The position numbers and the translations under genes are program-made. From Thermoplasmata archaeon (GTDB taxonomy: Archaea; Thermoplasmatota; Thermoplasmata; Lutacidiplasmatales; UBA184): a DNA stretch of 64,000 nucleotides. Location: contig JAKIWI010000003.1 in NCBI GenBank assembly GCA_022750115.1, forward strand, positions 175,948 through 239,947, read 5' to 3'. A model generated the notes under the pieces. The model was not told the origin of the DNA. It worked only from the letters and a program-made list of their open reading frames with translations, and ran no database searches. How positions within the stretch are numbered: position 1 is the stretch's first letter; every line of letters starts with the position of its first letter. This document shows positions 46,097 through 55,938 of this stretch, one piece after another.

Positions 46097-46648
46097 GTGC
46101 CCCGATTCATTAGGCGATGCGAGGTTCGTCCGGCCGTGTTCGCACCGGTCGACATCCGCGAGATCACGGCCTACAATCGCGCCGTGCTCGCCCGCTACGA
46201 GCGGGCGCTCCGACGCCTCACCTGGAAAGAGTCCGGTAAGGACCGTGGGACAGGTCACCTCTCGCTGCGCGACACCTACGTGCACATCGTCCAGGTCCAC
46301 GACGGCTGGCTCAACTTCGTCGTGCCGGCGCGGTTCGGCGACATGGAGGGGCGGCCCGACCCGTTCGAGTTCCACTCCTGGAAGGAGATCGGCGCATGGG
46401 CGGATTCCGTGTTCCGGGAAATCCAGGCGCGAACCGCTGCCCTGACCGCACGTGAGCTCCGTCGCGTCGTCCGCGCCCCGTGGATGCCCGGCCGATACAC
46501 CGTGTCGGACGCCTATCTCCAGGTGACCATGGAGCAGGCGCACCATCTCGGCGAGATCATCGCGGCGTTCTGGCAGATGGACCGGGCTCCGCCCGACATG
46601 ACCTGGATCGACACGCGCCGGAATCTTACCCGCCGACGGCCGCGGTGA
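46097..46648 (+). CDS. DinB/YfiT-superfamily metal-dependent protein
   Basis: Four-helix DinB-like His pattern (…RDTYVHIVQVHDGW… EQAHHLGEI). Confidence 0.55.
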   Translation: MPRFIRRCEVRPAVFAPVDIREITAYNRAVLARYERALRRLTWKESGKDRGTGHLSLRDTYVHIVQVHDGWLNFVVPARFGDMEGRPDPFEFHSWKEIGAWADSVFREIQARTAALTARELRRVVRAPWMPGRYTVSDAYLQVTMEQAHHLGEIIAAFWQMDRAPPDMTWIDTRRNLTRRRPR

Positions 46649-46669
46649 CGGGACGGGGGAAGGGTCGTT

Positions 46670-47005
46670 CTACCGGGGAGCGGGTCCCGACCGGCCCTCG
46701 AGGCGCTCGAGCTTGCCCGTGCGACCCACGCTGATCTGCGGACGGCCGCGGTAATCGGAGACCCACCCTTCCACGATTCGGATCCGGTCGCCCACCGCGA
46801 CGCTGTCGACCTCGGTCCCCCAGAGAACGAGCGAGATCTCCCCGGTGGCGTCCTTCAGCCGCGCGTTCCGGACCCGCTTCGGCGTCCCTTCGCGCGTCGC
46901 GACGTCGCGGACCGCCTCGAGCTCCGAGACCGTCGCCTCGATCGTCGCGACCCGCGACGGTCGGAGGTCGGAGATGAACGTCGCCGGCGGTCGGCTCTCC
47001 GGCAT
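46670..47005 (-). CDS. OB-fold nucleic-acid-binding protein (RPA/SSB-like single OB domain)
   Basis: ~111 aa from internal Met; ATIEATVSEL…ARLKDATGEISLVLWG…GDRIRIVEGWVSDYRGRPQISV matches OB-fold anticodon/ssDNA-binding topology. Confidence 0.45.
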   Translation of the reverse strand: MPESRPPATFISDLRPSRVATIEATVSELEAVRDVATREGTPKRVRNARLKDATGEISLVLWGTEVDSVAVGDRIRIVEGWVSDYRGRPQISVGRTGKLERLEGRSGPAPR

Positions 47006-47102
47006 CGCGAATCGGAATGGTTCAACGCACTTAAGGCGTGGACGCGACACGGCGTTCCGAACGCCGGAGGCGAAGGGTGGACTCCTCCGAACGACACGCC
47101 CG

Positions 47103-47789
47103 ATGACGACGCTCCGAACCCTCGCGGTCCACGACATCGTCCAGCGGGCGTACCCGCGGCCGCCCCCGGAAGAGAAGGAAGAGGTCGCGATGGCGACCGG
47201 CCGGGCGATCGATGGAGCGCTGACGGAGCTCGCCTACGAGCTGCGGCAGGGCCGTCGCCCCGGCGGGAGCGCGATGGTCGCCCGGGCCGGTACGATCCTG
47301 GACGACGCCCTGGCGGACGCCGCCGTGACGATACCGGCCGAGGAGCGGGACCGAATCCTCGGGCAAGTGCGGGGCGTCCTCAAGGTCTACCGGGAGAGCG
47401 AGATCTTCGGACTCGCCCGGCCGAGGACCCGCGTGATCGTGATCGGGAACCGGGTCGGCATCTACGCGCAACCGGATTTCTGGGACGGGCGAAGCCGGTT
47501 TTTCGAGTTGAAGAGCTACCGAGCGATCCCGATGCCGCCGGACGTCGCCCTCCAGATGCGACTGTTCCAACTCGCCTACCCAGGGTTCGAGTCCGTCCTG
47601 CTCTGCCTCAACCGGCACACCACGCCGGTCGAGGTCACGTCGGCCCGCATCTCCCCGGCGAGCGAGTCCGAGGCGGCCGCGGCGATCCGACTCGCCTACG
47701 ACCTCGGCCTCGAGTTCGGCGAGGAGAAGGTGCGGGAGTACATGACCGGACCGTTCGTGCCGTACGAGCCGCCGCTCCCGTCCGGATAA
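47103..47789 (+). CDS. hypothetical PD-(D/E)XK-nuclease-fold protein
   Basis: GIYAQPDFWDG...FFELKSY = D…(D/E)xK signature. Confidence 0.4.
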   Translation: MTTLRTLAVHDIVQRAYPRPPPEEKEEVAMATGRAIDGALTELAYELRQGRRPGGSAMVARAGTILDDALADAAVTIPAEERDRILGQVRGVLKVYRESEIFGLARPRTRVIVIGNRVGIYAQPDFWDGRSRFFELKSYRAIPMPPDVALQMRLFQLAYPGFESVLLCLNRHTTPVEVTSARISPASESEAAAAIRLAYDLGLEFGEEKVREYMTGPFVPYEPPLPSG

Positions 47790-47822
47790 CGCCTCGCGAG
47801 CGTCCCGAGACGTACCGGAGGA

Positions 47823-48461
47823 TTGCCAGACTACAGCATGACTCGTCGGAGGAGTGTCTTTGACCTCGGAGCCGGTGACCTCGACGAGAATTCTATGACC
47901 GCAACCAACGCAACAGGCTCGGGGACTGGGAACTGGTGGGCGGAGAACGCGGTCTGGTTGAAGACGGTCTTCCGGATCGTGTTCGGGGTCATCTGGCTCA
48001 TCGACGGCTCGCTCAAGTTCGCGCCGGGGTTCGTCGACTCGTTCGCCGGGAGCATCTCGCCCGACGGCCAGCCCGGGTGGCTCGCGCCCTGGTTCAACTT
48101 CTGGGCGTCGCAAGTGGACACGAACACCGCGTTCTACGTCTACTTCGTCGGCAGCCTCGAGCTCGCCCTCGGGCTCGCGCTCGTCTTCGGGTTCATGCGG
48201 AAGGTCGCCTACGCGGGCGGGGCGATCCTCAGCCTGTTCATCTGGTCGGTCCCGGAAGGGTTTGGCGGACCGTACGGTCCCGGCTCGACCGACATCGGGA
48301 CGGGCGCGATGTACGCGCTCCTGTTCCTCGCGCTGATCGTGATCAACGCGACCTACGGCCCGAGCCGCTTCAGCCTCGACGCCCTCGTCGAGCGGAAGTT
48401 CCCGAGGTGGCGGATGCTCGCGGAGTTGGGTCCGGCGCGATTCGCGCCGGGCCGCGACTGA
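47823..48461 (+). CDS. DoxX-family membrane protein
   Basis: Four TM helices with DoxX-like pattern (…VFRIVFGVIWLIDGSLKF…); true start probably an internal Met. Confidence 0.55.
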   Translation: MPDYSMTRRRSVFDLGAGDLDENSMTATNATGSGTGNWWAENAVWLKTVFRIVFGVIWLIDGSLKFAPGFVDSFAGSISPDGQPGWLAPWFNFWASQVDTNTAFYVYFVGSLELALGLALVFGFMRKVAYAGGAILSLFIWSVPEGFGGPYGPGSTDIGTGAMYALLFLALIVINATYGPSRFSLDALVERKFPRWRMLAELGPARFAPGRD

Positions 48462-48479
48462 GCGAACGGCGGCGCCCGC

Positions 48480-49181
48480 CTACGAGGGGGGCGAGTCGGG
48501 CCGGCGGGGCAGCCGGACCGGCCGTTCCCCCGTGACCAGGTAGACGACCCATTCCCCGATGTTGACGGCGTGGTCGCTGAGGCGCTCGAGGTAGCGGTTG
48601 ATCAGGATGCACTCGGCGCCGGTCCTCGGCGTGACGCTCCGACGCGCCATCCCCTCGATGATCAGCTGGAACAGCTCGTCGTGGAACCGGTCGACCGCAT
48701 CGTCGTCGGCGTGGATGTGCGACACGCTCGTCGAGTCCCCCGCGAGGTAGGCGTTCACCGCCGTCCGGATCATCCCGACCGTGAGGTTGCCCATCTCGCG
48801 GAGCTTCGGGAGGCTCTCGCGCCCGTCCCCTTCGCGGTGGAGTTCGTGGGCCGACTCCGCGATGTCCTTGGCGTAGCGGCCGATCCGGTCGAGGTCGGTC
48901 GTGACCTCGAGCGCGACGGTGATCGTCCGCAGGTCCTTCGCCACCGGCGCGTGGAGCGCGATCGTCTCGACGCAGTTGCGGACGATCCGCTCCTTGAGCC
49001 CGTACACCTCGCGGTCGATCGCGCTCACGTCGCCGACGACGCCCGGGTCCGGGGCATCGAGCCCGGCGACGGCGCGCTCGATCGCCTGCACGCTCAACGT
49101 CGCGATCGTCGTCATGTTCTCGCGGAGCGTGTTCAGCTCCTCCGAGAGCGCCTTGCGCTCCACCCGCCCGCCCATCGTCAT
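48480..49181 (-). CDS. phoU: phosphate transport system regulator PhoU
   Basis: Two PhoU repeats with D-x-x-ER motifs (DREVYGLKERI, DDDAVDRFHDEL, NRYLERLSDHAVNI); last gene of pst operon. Confidence 0.8.
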   Translation of the reverse strand: MTMGGRVERKALSEELNTLRENMTTIATLSVQAIERAVAGLDAPDPGVVGDVSAIDREVYGLKERIVRNCVETIALHAPVAKDLRTITVALEVTTDLDRIGRYAKDIAESAHELHREGDGRESLPKLREMGNLTVGMIRTAVNAYLAGDSTSVSHIHADDDAVDRFHDELFQLIIEGMARRSVTPRTGAECILINRYLERLSDHAVNIGEWVVYLVTGERPVRLPRRPDSPPS

Positions 49182-49936
49182 TACCCGAACCTCCCCGTGA
49201 TGTAGCTCTCCGTGAGCTTCTCCGCCGGCCGCTCGAACAGGTCGCGCGTCGGCGCGACCTCGACGAGCTTGCCGAGGTAGAGGAACGCCGTCCGGTCGGC
49301 GACGCGCGCCGCCTGTTGCATGTTGTGCGTGACGATGACGACCGGCACCTGGTTCTTCAGATCGAAGATCAGGTCCTCGATGCGCGCCGTCGAGATCGGG
49401 TCGAGGGCGCTCGCGGGCTCGTCCATCAGCAGCACCTCCGGCTGGACCGCGAGGGCGCGCGCGATACAGAGCCGCTGCTGCTGGCCGCCCGACAGCTGGA
49501 GCGCGCTCTGGTCGAGCTTCTCCTTGACCTCCTCCCAGAGGGCGGCCTTCTTGAGGCTCTCGATCACGAGCCGGTCCATCTCGTCGTGCGAGTAGCCGCC
49601 ATGGAGCTTCAGCCCCGCCGCGACGTTCCCATAGATCGACATCGTCGGGAAGACGTTCGGGCGTTGGAACACCATCCCGATCTTCCGCCGGATCTCGGTC
49701 GGGTCGTCGGCGTAGACGTCCGCGCCGTCGAGGAGCACCTTCCCCTCGGCGCGCGCCTTCGGCTGGGTCTCGTGGATCCGGTTGAGGCAGCGGATAAACG
49801 TCGATTTTCCGCAGCCGGAGGGGCCGATGATCGCCGTAGCGCGCTTGTCCGGAAACGACAGCGAGATGTCCTGGACGGCGTGGGTCTTCCCGTACCACGC
49901 GTTCAGGTTCTCCACCACGAGCTTGTCGCCGGTCAT
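49181..49936 (-). CDS. pstB: phosphate ABC transporter ATP-binding protein
   Basis: Walker [10 protein letters not shown], signature LSGGQQQRL, Walker [12 protein letters not shown]; 251 aa. Confidence 0.9.
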   Translation of the reverse strand: MTGDKLVVENLNAWYGKTHAVQDISLSFPDKRATAIIGPSGCGKSTFIRCLNRIHETQPKARAEGKVLLDGADVYADDPTEIRRKIGMVFQRPNVFPTMSIYGNVAAGLKLHGGYSHDEMDRLVIESLKKAALWEEVKEKLDQSALQLSGGQQQRLCIARALAVQPEVLLMDEPASALDPISTARIEDLIFDLKNQVPVVIVTHNMQQAARVADRTAFLYLGKLVEVAPTRDLFERPAEKLTESYITGRFG

Positions 49937-50832
49937 GCCGTCCTCCCCCCGAACTTGTTGCGCAGCGCGAGCCGCGCGCCCACGCTGATGAGGAGCATAA
50001 TGAGGACGAGCATGAGCGCCGCGCCCCAGGCGAGCTGCGTCGTGTTCGCATACCCCCCCGCGGCGGAGTAGTAGATCAGCACCGGCAGCGACGGCGTCCA
50101 TCCGGAGAGGCCGGTGATGGCCCCCGTCGTGAATCCGGCGGTGAGGAGGAGGGGGGCGGTCTCGCCGCCCGCGCGGGCGACCGCGAGCAGAGCGCCCGTG
50201 ATGACCCCGCCGCGGGCGGCGGAGAGGACGATCCGAAGGATCGTGCGGTGGCGCGGGATCCCAAGCGCGAGCGACGCCTCGCGGATCGACACCGGCACGA
50301 GGCGCAGCGCCTCCTCGCAAGTCCGCGCGACGACGGGGATCATGATCACGGCGAGCGCGACCGCCCCCGTGTAGCCCGAGGTAATCGAAAACGAGCTGAT
50401 CCATCCCTGCTCGGCGAAGAACAGGAAGATCCCGAAGACGAACACCCCGATGACGATCGACGGGATGCCGGTCATGACGTCGGCGAGGAACCTCGCCGGG
50501 CGCGCGAGCGGCCGGTCCTGGAACTCGGAGAGGTAGATCCCCCCGAGGATCCCGACGGGGAGCGCGATCAGGGAGGCGACGACGACGAGCAGCAGTGTCC
50601 CGAGCAACGCGTCCTGGATCCCGCCCACGGGGCAAGGGGTCGTCGGCCCGGGGTTGCACGGTGGCGGCGGATTCTGCAAGAAGAAGGCCGGGGTGATCGC
50701 CCCCGCGCCGTTGACGAAGCACTCGAGGAGGATGCTCGCGAGCGGGAGGAGCGTGATCAGGACAGCGGTCGCGCAGAGGCCGAGGAGTACCGCGCTCTTC
50801 ACGCGGCGGCGCAGTCGCTTCGGGGGCCTCAC
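49933..50832 (-). CDS. pstA: phosphate ABC transporter permease PstA
   Basis: 6 TM helices, EAA-loop [16 protein letters not shown]; GTG start overlapping pstC stop (ATG alternatives further in); long GC-extended ORF 49933..51396 rejected. Confidence 0.75.
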   Translation of the reverse strand: MRPPKRLRRRVKSAVLLGLCATAVLITLLPLASILLECFVNGAGAITPAFFLQNPPPPCNPGPTTPCPVGGIQDALLGTLLLVVVASLIALPVGILGGIYLSEFQDRPLARPARFLADVMTGIPSIVIGVFVFGIFLFFAEQGWISSFSITSGYTGAVALAVIMIPVVARTCEEALRLVPVSIREASLALGIPRHRTILRIVLSAARGGVITGALLAVARAGGETAPLLLTAGFTTGAITGLSGWTPSLPVLIYYSAAGGYANTTQLAWGAALMLVLIMLLISVGARLALRNKFGGRTA

Positions 50833-51878
50833 GGCGCCGATCCCCCCATCCGGGTCATCGACCGCAGCATCAGCCGGGCCGCGACGTTCACGAGCAGCGA
50901 GAGCCCCATCAGGATCAGGCCGAGCTCGATCAGGGCGGACTTCTCGAGCGGGAGCGCGTTCCCGAAGTTGATCGCGATCTTGCTCGACAGGGTCTGGCCG
51001 GGGTCGAACAGCGAGGTGGCGAAGTTGTCCGAGTTGCCGATCGTCATCGTTACGGCCATCGTCTCCCCCATCGCCCGGCCCAGCCCGAGGATCGCCGCCC
51101 CGAAGATCCCCGAGCGGGCGTAGGCGAGCGGGCCGAGGCGCGTCGCCTCCCAGCGGGTCGCGCCCAGGCTCAGCGCGGCCTCCCGCTGGCTGTCCGGCGT
51201 CGCGCGGAGGGCTTCCCGGCTCACCGAGGAGATCGTCGGGAGGATCATGATCGCGAGGATGATCGACGCCGTCAGGACGCTCACTCCGCTCTGGCTCCCG
51301 GCGTGCGAGGCGAACAGGGGGGTCCAGCCGAGGTAGTGGACGAGCGCCGGGTCGACGTTCGAGCGCATGTACGGGACGAGGACGTAGAGGCCCCACAGCC
51401 CGAACACGACCGACGGCACGGCCGCGAGGAGGTCGACGACCGAGGCGACGGGCGCCCGCAGCCAGTCGGGCGCGAGCTCAGCAAGGAAGATCGCCGCGCC
51501 GATCGACAAGGGAACCCCGATGAGCATCGCGATGACGCTCGTCTCGAGCGTCCCGGCGACGAACGGCGCCGCGCCGAACGTGATCGGGGAGGTCGGGGAG
51601 GCGCTCGGGACCCAGAACTGGCCGATGACGAACCCGGGGCCGAATCGTACAATCGCCCGCCACGAGGCTTGGGTGATGATGACGATCAGCAGCGCCGGGA
51701 GCGCGATGAGTACGAGGGCGGCGAGGGTCGAGAGACCCCCGAAGAACCGGTCGACCACCCCGGTAAAGCTCCGTCGCCGGTCCGGACCCTGCGACGGGGA
51801 AGGGGTTGCTCCGGCCGGCTCGGCGGGACCCGTCGCGGGGAGGGGGTCCGTGCCGGTGCCGACCGGTGGTTCTGCCAT
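50829..51878 (-). CDS. pstC: phosphate ABC transporter permease PstC
   Basis: 6 TM helices, EAA-loop [15 protein letters not shown]. Confidence 0.85.
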   Translation of the reverse strand: MAEPPVGTGTDPLPATGPAEPAGATPSPSQGPDRRRSFTGVVDRFFGGLSTLAALVLIALPALLIVIITQASWRAIVRFGPGFVIGQFWVPSASPTSPITFGAAPFVAGTLETSVIAMLIGVPLSIGAAIFLAELAPDWLRAPVASVVDLLAAVPSVVFGLWGLYVLVPYMRSNVDPALVHYLGWTPLFASHAGSQSGVSVLTASIILAIMILPTISSVSREALRATPDSQREAALSLGATRWEATRLGPLAYARSGIFGAAILGLGRAMGETMAVTMTIGNSDNFATSLFDPGQTLSSKIAINFGNALPLEKSALIELGLILMGLSLLVNVAARLMLRSMTRMGGSAP

Positions 51879-51903
51879 GCCGAGGCCTTCCGACGTGGTT
51901 CCC

Positions 51904-53106
51904 CTAGTGCGACGTCAGCGCATGACCGTTGTAGGTGATGCTGCCGATCGCCGCCTCGTCGAGCGTCACCACGTTCGACGGCAGCGGCACGTAGGAGAGA
52001 CCGACCGAGTACGTCTGACCCGTCGTGACCAGCCACCAGAGGAACGCGACGGTGCCCTGCGCGTGCGCCTGGCTCTCGCTCGAGCCGTAGACCGCGCCGA
52101 GGTCCAGGTAGACCATCAGGTAGGAGAACGTCGCGATCGGGTAGGTCGTCGCTCCCACCTCGTTGAGGAGGGAGACGCTGTCCCAGCCGGCCTCGGCGTT
52201 CGCCGCCGGGAGGCCCGCCACGCTCGCCGCGGCCGCCGCGGTGTTCGTCTCGTTCGGCAGGATGTAGTTGCTCGCGGGGTTCTGGACGGCCGCGTACGCG
52301 AGGTTGTTGGTGATCGCGTAGGCGAGGTCGACGTAGCCGATCGAGTCCGGGTTCGTCTTGACGTCGCCAGCGACGCCGAGCGAGCCGCTGCCCTTGATCC
52401 CGACGGGCCAGGTGACGGAGGTGCCCGAGCCGACCTTCGTCTTCCACGAGGAGTTCTCGAGCGTGAGCCAGCTCGTGAAGACGTACGTCGTGCCGCTCGA
52501 GTCCGCGCGCTCCACGACCGTGATGTTCGCGCTCGGGAGCTTCGTAACGGGGTTCAGCGCGACGATCGAAGGGTCGTTCCACGTCTTGATCGTGCCGAGG
52601 TAGATCCCGGCGAGGACCGTGCCAGAGAGGTTGAGCCCCTTCGCGAGCCCGTTGTTGTAGATGATCGAGACGCCCGCGACGACCTCGGGGATCGTGAGGA
52701 CGGTCGAGCCACCCGGTAGCGTGCTCACCTGGGTCGCCGAGAGCGGGGCATCGGATGCCCCGATGTCGACGGTCTTTTGGCTGAGGTCCGTGACGCCGGC
52801 TCCGCTGCCGACGCCGTTGTAGTTCACTTGGCCGCAGGAGTACTGGGCCGACCAGAGCGTCATCAGCGGCTGCACGAGCGTCGAGCCCGCCGCTTGGACC
52901 GTCTGCCCGGTCCCACCGGGGCACGGGCCGCTCGACTTCTTCGGCGAGAGCCACCCGGCGGAGGCTCCGTACGCGAGCACCACCACCACGATCACCACGA
53001 CCACGATCACCGCGTACATCGCGGCGTGGCTCGACGATCGCTTCGGGAGCTTGCTCTTGTCGGCGTCGGTCGGCGCGTTCGTTCCGTTTGCGTTGTTCGC
53101 ACTCAT
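51904..53106 (-). CDS. pstS: phosphate ABC transporter substrate-binding protein PstS (membrane-anchored)
   Basis: N-terminal anchor MYAVIVVVVIVVVVLAYGASAGW; periplasmic-binding-protein type II fold with GSGAGVTDLSQKTVDIGASDAPLS phosphate-binding block. Confidence 0.8.
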   Translation of the reverse strand: MSANNANGTNAPTDADKSKLPKRSSSHAAMYAVIVVVVIVVVVLAYGASAGWLSPKKSSGPCPGGTGQTVQAAGSTLVQPLMTLWSAQYSCGQVNYNGVGSGAGVTDLSQKTVDIGASDAPLSATQVSTLPGGSTVLTIPEVVAGVSIIYNNGLAKGLNLSGTVLAGIYLGTIKTWNDPSIVALNPVTKLPSANITVVERADSSGTTYVFTSWLTLENSSWKTKVGSGTSVTWPVGIKGSGSLGVAGDVKTNPDSIGYVDLAYAITNNLAYAAVQNPASNYILPNETNTAAAAASVAGLPAANAEAGWDSVSLLNEVGATTYPIATFSYLMVYLDLGAVYGSSESQAHAQGTVAFLWWLVTTGQTYSVGLSYVPLPSNVVTLDEAAIGSITYNGHALTSH

Positions 53107-53133
53107 TCCGTTTTTTCCTCCTCGGGGAGTTTC

Positions 53134-54282
53134 CTACTTGGGGAGAGGGAGGTCGGCGGCCCGGCTGTCGGAGGCGAGCGTGGGGCGCACGGTCACGCGG
53201 TCCGACGGCGGGACGGCCAACTGGGCGATGTCCTGGGCGTAGGCGGTGATCCGGTCAAGCGACTCGATGAGCAGCCCGAGGTTCGCGATGACGCTCGGTG
53301 GCATCGGGGTCGCGAGCCCGCGGCTCCAGAACCGCTCGCGCAGCGCCGCGGCGGTCTCATGCAGCGCCTCGCCGGCGTCGACGACGAGGTTCGCGTCGGT
53401 CGGGTCGCGGGCCTCGGCGACCCGGCAGGCGAGCTCGAGGTGGTTCGCGACCTGCGCGTGGTAGGACGTGAGGGATCGGTAGGTCGAGTCGGGGAGGTTC
53501 GCCTCGCGCAGGCGCGCCCCGCGCTCGGCGATCAGGACGGCGTGGTCGGCCGCGCGTTCGAGCGCCCGAGAGAGGAACAGCGGCGCGAACGTCTCCGACA
53601 ACGCCGAGGGAAATCCGCTCGAGCCGGCGTCCGGCCACGGGCGCAGAACGAGGATCCGCTCAATCAGCCAGGCGTGGCGGTCGACCTCGTCGTCGCGCTC
53701 CCGCCAGTCGCTCGTCCGGGCCGCGGCGTTCGAGTCGACCCACGAGCGTCCGGCGTTGCGGATGCGGTCGAGGACGACCTGCGCCATGCGGCGGAGGACC
53801 GGCCCGACCGCCAGGTCCGCGCCGCGGCTGACATCGGCGACGACGATCAGCTCGCCGTCGTCGCTCACGACCTCGGGGCGGATGGTCCGTCGCACGAACT
53901 CGATCACCGCGCCACGGGTCTCGGCGGTGAGCGGCCCATCCTCCCGGACCTCGAACCGGTGAGCGCCGGACAGGTAGGCGCGGAGCAGCTGGCGGAACAG
54001 GTGTTCCGGCGAGCCGCCGGGGGGGACGTGGAGTTGCGCCGTGGCGAGGGCCGGCAGCTCGCGGCCGTCGCGGACCAGGATGGTCCCGTCGGGGCGGGTG
54101 GAGACGAACACCGCCCCGCCGCTGGTGAGACCGCGGCGCGCGACCCACTGGCGCGGAAGGGCGATCCCGACGCTCACCGAGCCGAGGCGGTGGAGCTTCC
54201 GCTCCTCAACCTCCGACCCGAGCTCGGCCACCGCGGGGCGGGCCGGGCGGGTCGTCGTCGACGTCGTCGCGGCTCGGGCCAT
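53134..54282 (-). CDS. phosphate-uptake regulator, N-terminal AbrB/SpoVT swapped-hairpin DNA-binding domain fused to PhoU-like domain
   Basis: VEERKLHRLGSVSVGIALPRQWVARRGLTSGGAVFV (AbrB-like) then PhoU-like helical repeats; start moved to ATG 54282 because sequence 54300-54380 is AT-rich non-coding. Confidence 0.6.
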   Translation of the reverse strand: MARAATTSTTTRPARPAVAELGSEVEERKLHRLGSVSVGIALPRQWVARRGLTSGGAVFVSTRPDGTILVRDGRELPALATAQLHVPPGGSPEHLFRQLLRAYLSGAHRFEVREDGPLTAETRGAVIEFVRRTIRPEVVSDDGELIVVADVSRGADLAVGPVLRRMAQVVLDRIRNAGRSWVDSNAAARTSDWRERDDEVDRHAWLIERILVLRPWPDAGSSGFPSALSETFAPLFLSRALERAADHAVLIAERGARLREANLPDSTYRSLTSYHAQVANHLELACRVAEARDPTDANLVVDAGEALHETAAALRERFWSRGLATPMPPSVIANLGLLIESLDRITAYAQDIAQLAVPPSDRVTVRPTLASDSRAADLPLPK

Positions 54283-54310
54283 CGACGGGGGGAGTCGCTC
54301 GGGGGGATAT

Positions 54311-54376
54311 ATAGAATTATGATTTAGGCTATAGACGCATCCATAGGACGATAGAGTCCGCCATATCTCATAGAGG
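54311..54376. promoter_or_regulatory. AT-rich divergent promoter region with five ATAG(A/G) direct-repeat motifs
   Basis: Seen in sequence: atagaatt, atagacgc, ataggacg, atagagtc, atagaggc within ~65 bp; lies between regulator (minus) and paralog-A gene (plus). Confidence 0.35.
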
Positions 54377-54445
54377 CCACGGTCCGCGGCGGCCCCTCGG
54401 TTCTCGAGCGGGACGCTTTGACCGCGTTCCTCCCTGCCGAGAGCC

Positions 54446-55159
54446 ATGGGCACGCCCATCGCGGGAACCTACCCCCCGCCGCTCGCCTCGGGCGACCGCG
54501 ACGTCAAGGCGTTCGCGTTCAGCCCCTGGCCGCTCCGCTCCCGCCACTTTCCGAACGAGGTCCGACAAACGTTCGAGGGTTGGCCGAGCGCAACGTTTCG
54601 GACCCGGACGAAAGAGGCGATGGAGCGGCTGGGGTTCAGTGTCGCCGCCGAATCCGCCATCCCGCTCTTCCACGCCAAGGCGCCGCGGGAGGGCCACGCT
54701 CCGAAGCCGCTCGTTGGTGTCTGGGTCGGCGAGAGGAACCTGCGCCTGGACCTCACCTTACGGAAGCGCGCCGACCTCAGGATGGCGGGGTTGGCCGTCC
54801 TCGCCGTCGCGCTCGTGGTCGTCACGCTCGCCGTCTCGCCTCTGCGACCGTACCTTGTTCTGGCCGCCCTGGCGGGCGGCATGATGTTCGCGGGCGTGAT
54901 CAGCGCCTATACCGGTCGGGGGGCGTTCGACAGCGACATCGTCTACGTGGTCGCGGAGACCTCGCCGAACCTGGCGCCGGGAACGACGCTGACCCCCGAC
55001 GATCCTCTCACCCTCGAGGTTCGGTCCGGTTCCGCAAGGGTCACGACCGCGAACTGGGCGGCCAAGCACTCGAGCGGTCGTTCTCTCAAGAAAGTGAATC
55101 CTGCCGACCTCGGGCTCACCGGAACCCCGTCCGAACTGCTGAAGCTGATCCGCGGCTGA
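54446..55159 (+). CDS. hypothetical membrane protein, tandem paralog A (unassigned family)
   Basis: 237 aa, two central TM helices; shares blocks GER(N/D)LRLDLxLRK, GRGAFDSD(I/L)(V/I)Y(V/L)V.ET.PN.P.GTTLT, GSARV..ANW.AKHS.GR with downstream gene. Confidence 0.45.
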   Translation: MGTPIAGTYPPPLASGDRDVKAFAFSPWPLRSRHFPNEVRQTFEGWPSATFRTRTKEAMERLGFSVAAESAIPLFHAKAPREGHAPKPLVGVWVGERNLRLDLTLRKRADLRMAGLAVLAVALVVVTLAVSPLRPYLVLAALAGGMMFAGVISAYTGRGAFDSDIVYVVAETSPNLAPGTTLTPDDPLTLEVRSGSARVTTANWAAKHSSGRSLKKVNPADLGLTGTPSELLKLIRG

Positions 55160-55196
55160 ATCCGGCCCCCGCCGAAACCTTTGTCGCCAATCGCGG

Positions 55197-55922
55197 GTGT
55201 CCCAACTCATGGCGACCCCCCTCCCGACCGGGACTCCGAGCGCCCCGGCTCCGCCCCAACTCGGTGCCACTCCGTACCAGTTCATGGCCGGGTCCGTCAC
55301 CCAAAAGCACCTGCCGAACGAGGCGCGCGATCGCCTCGAAGCGTGGTCGTACTCGATGTTGGTGGCGCGGGCGAAGGACGCCCTGGTGGGGCTCGGGTAC
55401 ACGCTCTCGGCGTTCGACCCGATCGAACTCCCCACGACGGTGAAGGTCGCGAAGCACCCGCGGACGCTCTACGGGACGATGGTCGGCGAGCGCGACCTGC
55501 GCCTCGACCTCGCTCTCCGCAAGGCCGCGGGCCAACGCGCGGTCGTCCTCTTCCTCATCGCCGTCGGCCTCGGCGCGATCGGGATCTTCGCCGTTCTCTC
55601 CTACGGGCGCCCGTACGCGGCACTGAGCCTGATGGGTGCCGCGATCGTCGGTGTCGCGGGTGTGATCAGCTTCTCCGGCCGGGGTGCGTTCGACAGCGAC
55701 CTGATCTATCTCGTGTTCGAGACCACGCCGAACGCCCCGGAGGGCACGACCCTCACGAGCGAGACGCCGTTCACGTTCGACATCTGGGCGGGAAGCGCCC
55801 GGGTCTCGAGCGCGAACTGGACCGCCAAGCACTCGAACGGGCGGGACTTCCGCGCGATCCTCGCTTCGGCGTCGCCGCCGTCGGCGACCCCCCACGACCT
55901 GTTCCAACGGATCCGCGGCTGA
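55197..55922 (+). CDS. hypothetical membrane protein, tandem paralog B (unassigned family)
   Basis: 241 aa; same conserved blocks as paralog A. Confidence 0.45.
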   Translation: MSQLMATPLPTGTPSAPAPPQLGATPYQFMAGSVTQKHLPNEARDRLEAWSYSMLVARAKDALVGLGYTLSAFDPIELPTTVKVAKHPRTLYGTMVGERDLRLDLALRKAAGQRAVVLFLIAVGLGAIGIFAVLSYGRPYAALSLMGAAIVGVAGVISFSGRGAFDSDLIYLVFETTPNAPEGTTLTSETPFTFDIWAGSARVSSANWTAKHSNGRDFRAILASASPPSATPHDLFQRIRG

Positions 55923-55938
55923 ACGCGCCGCTCCGCGT

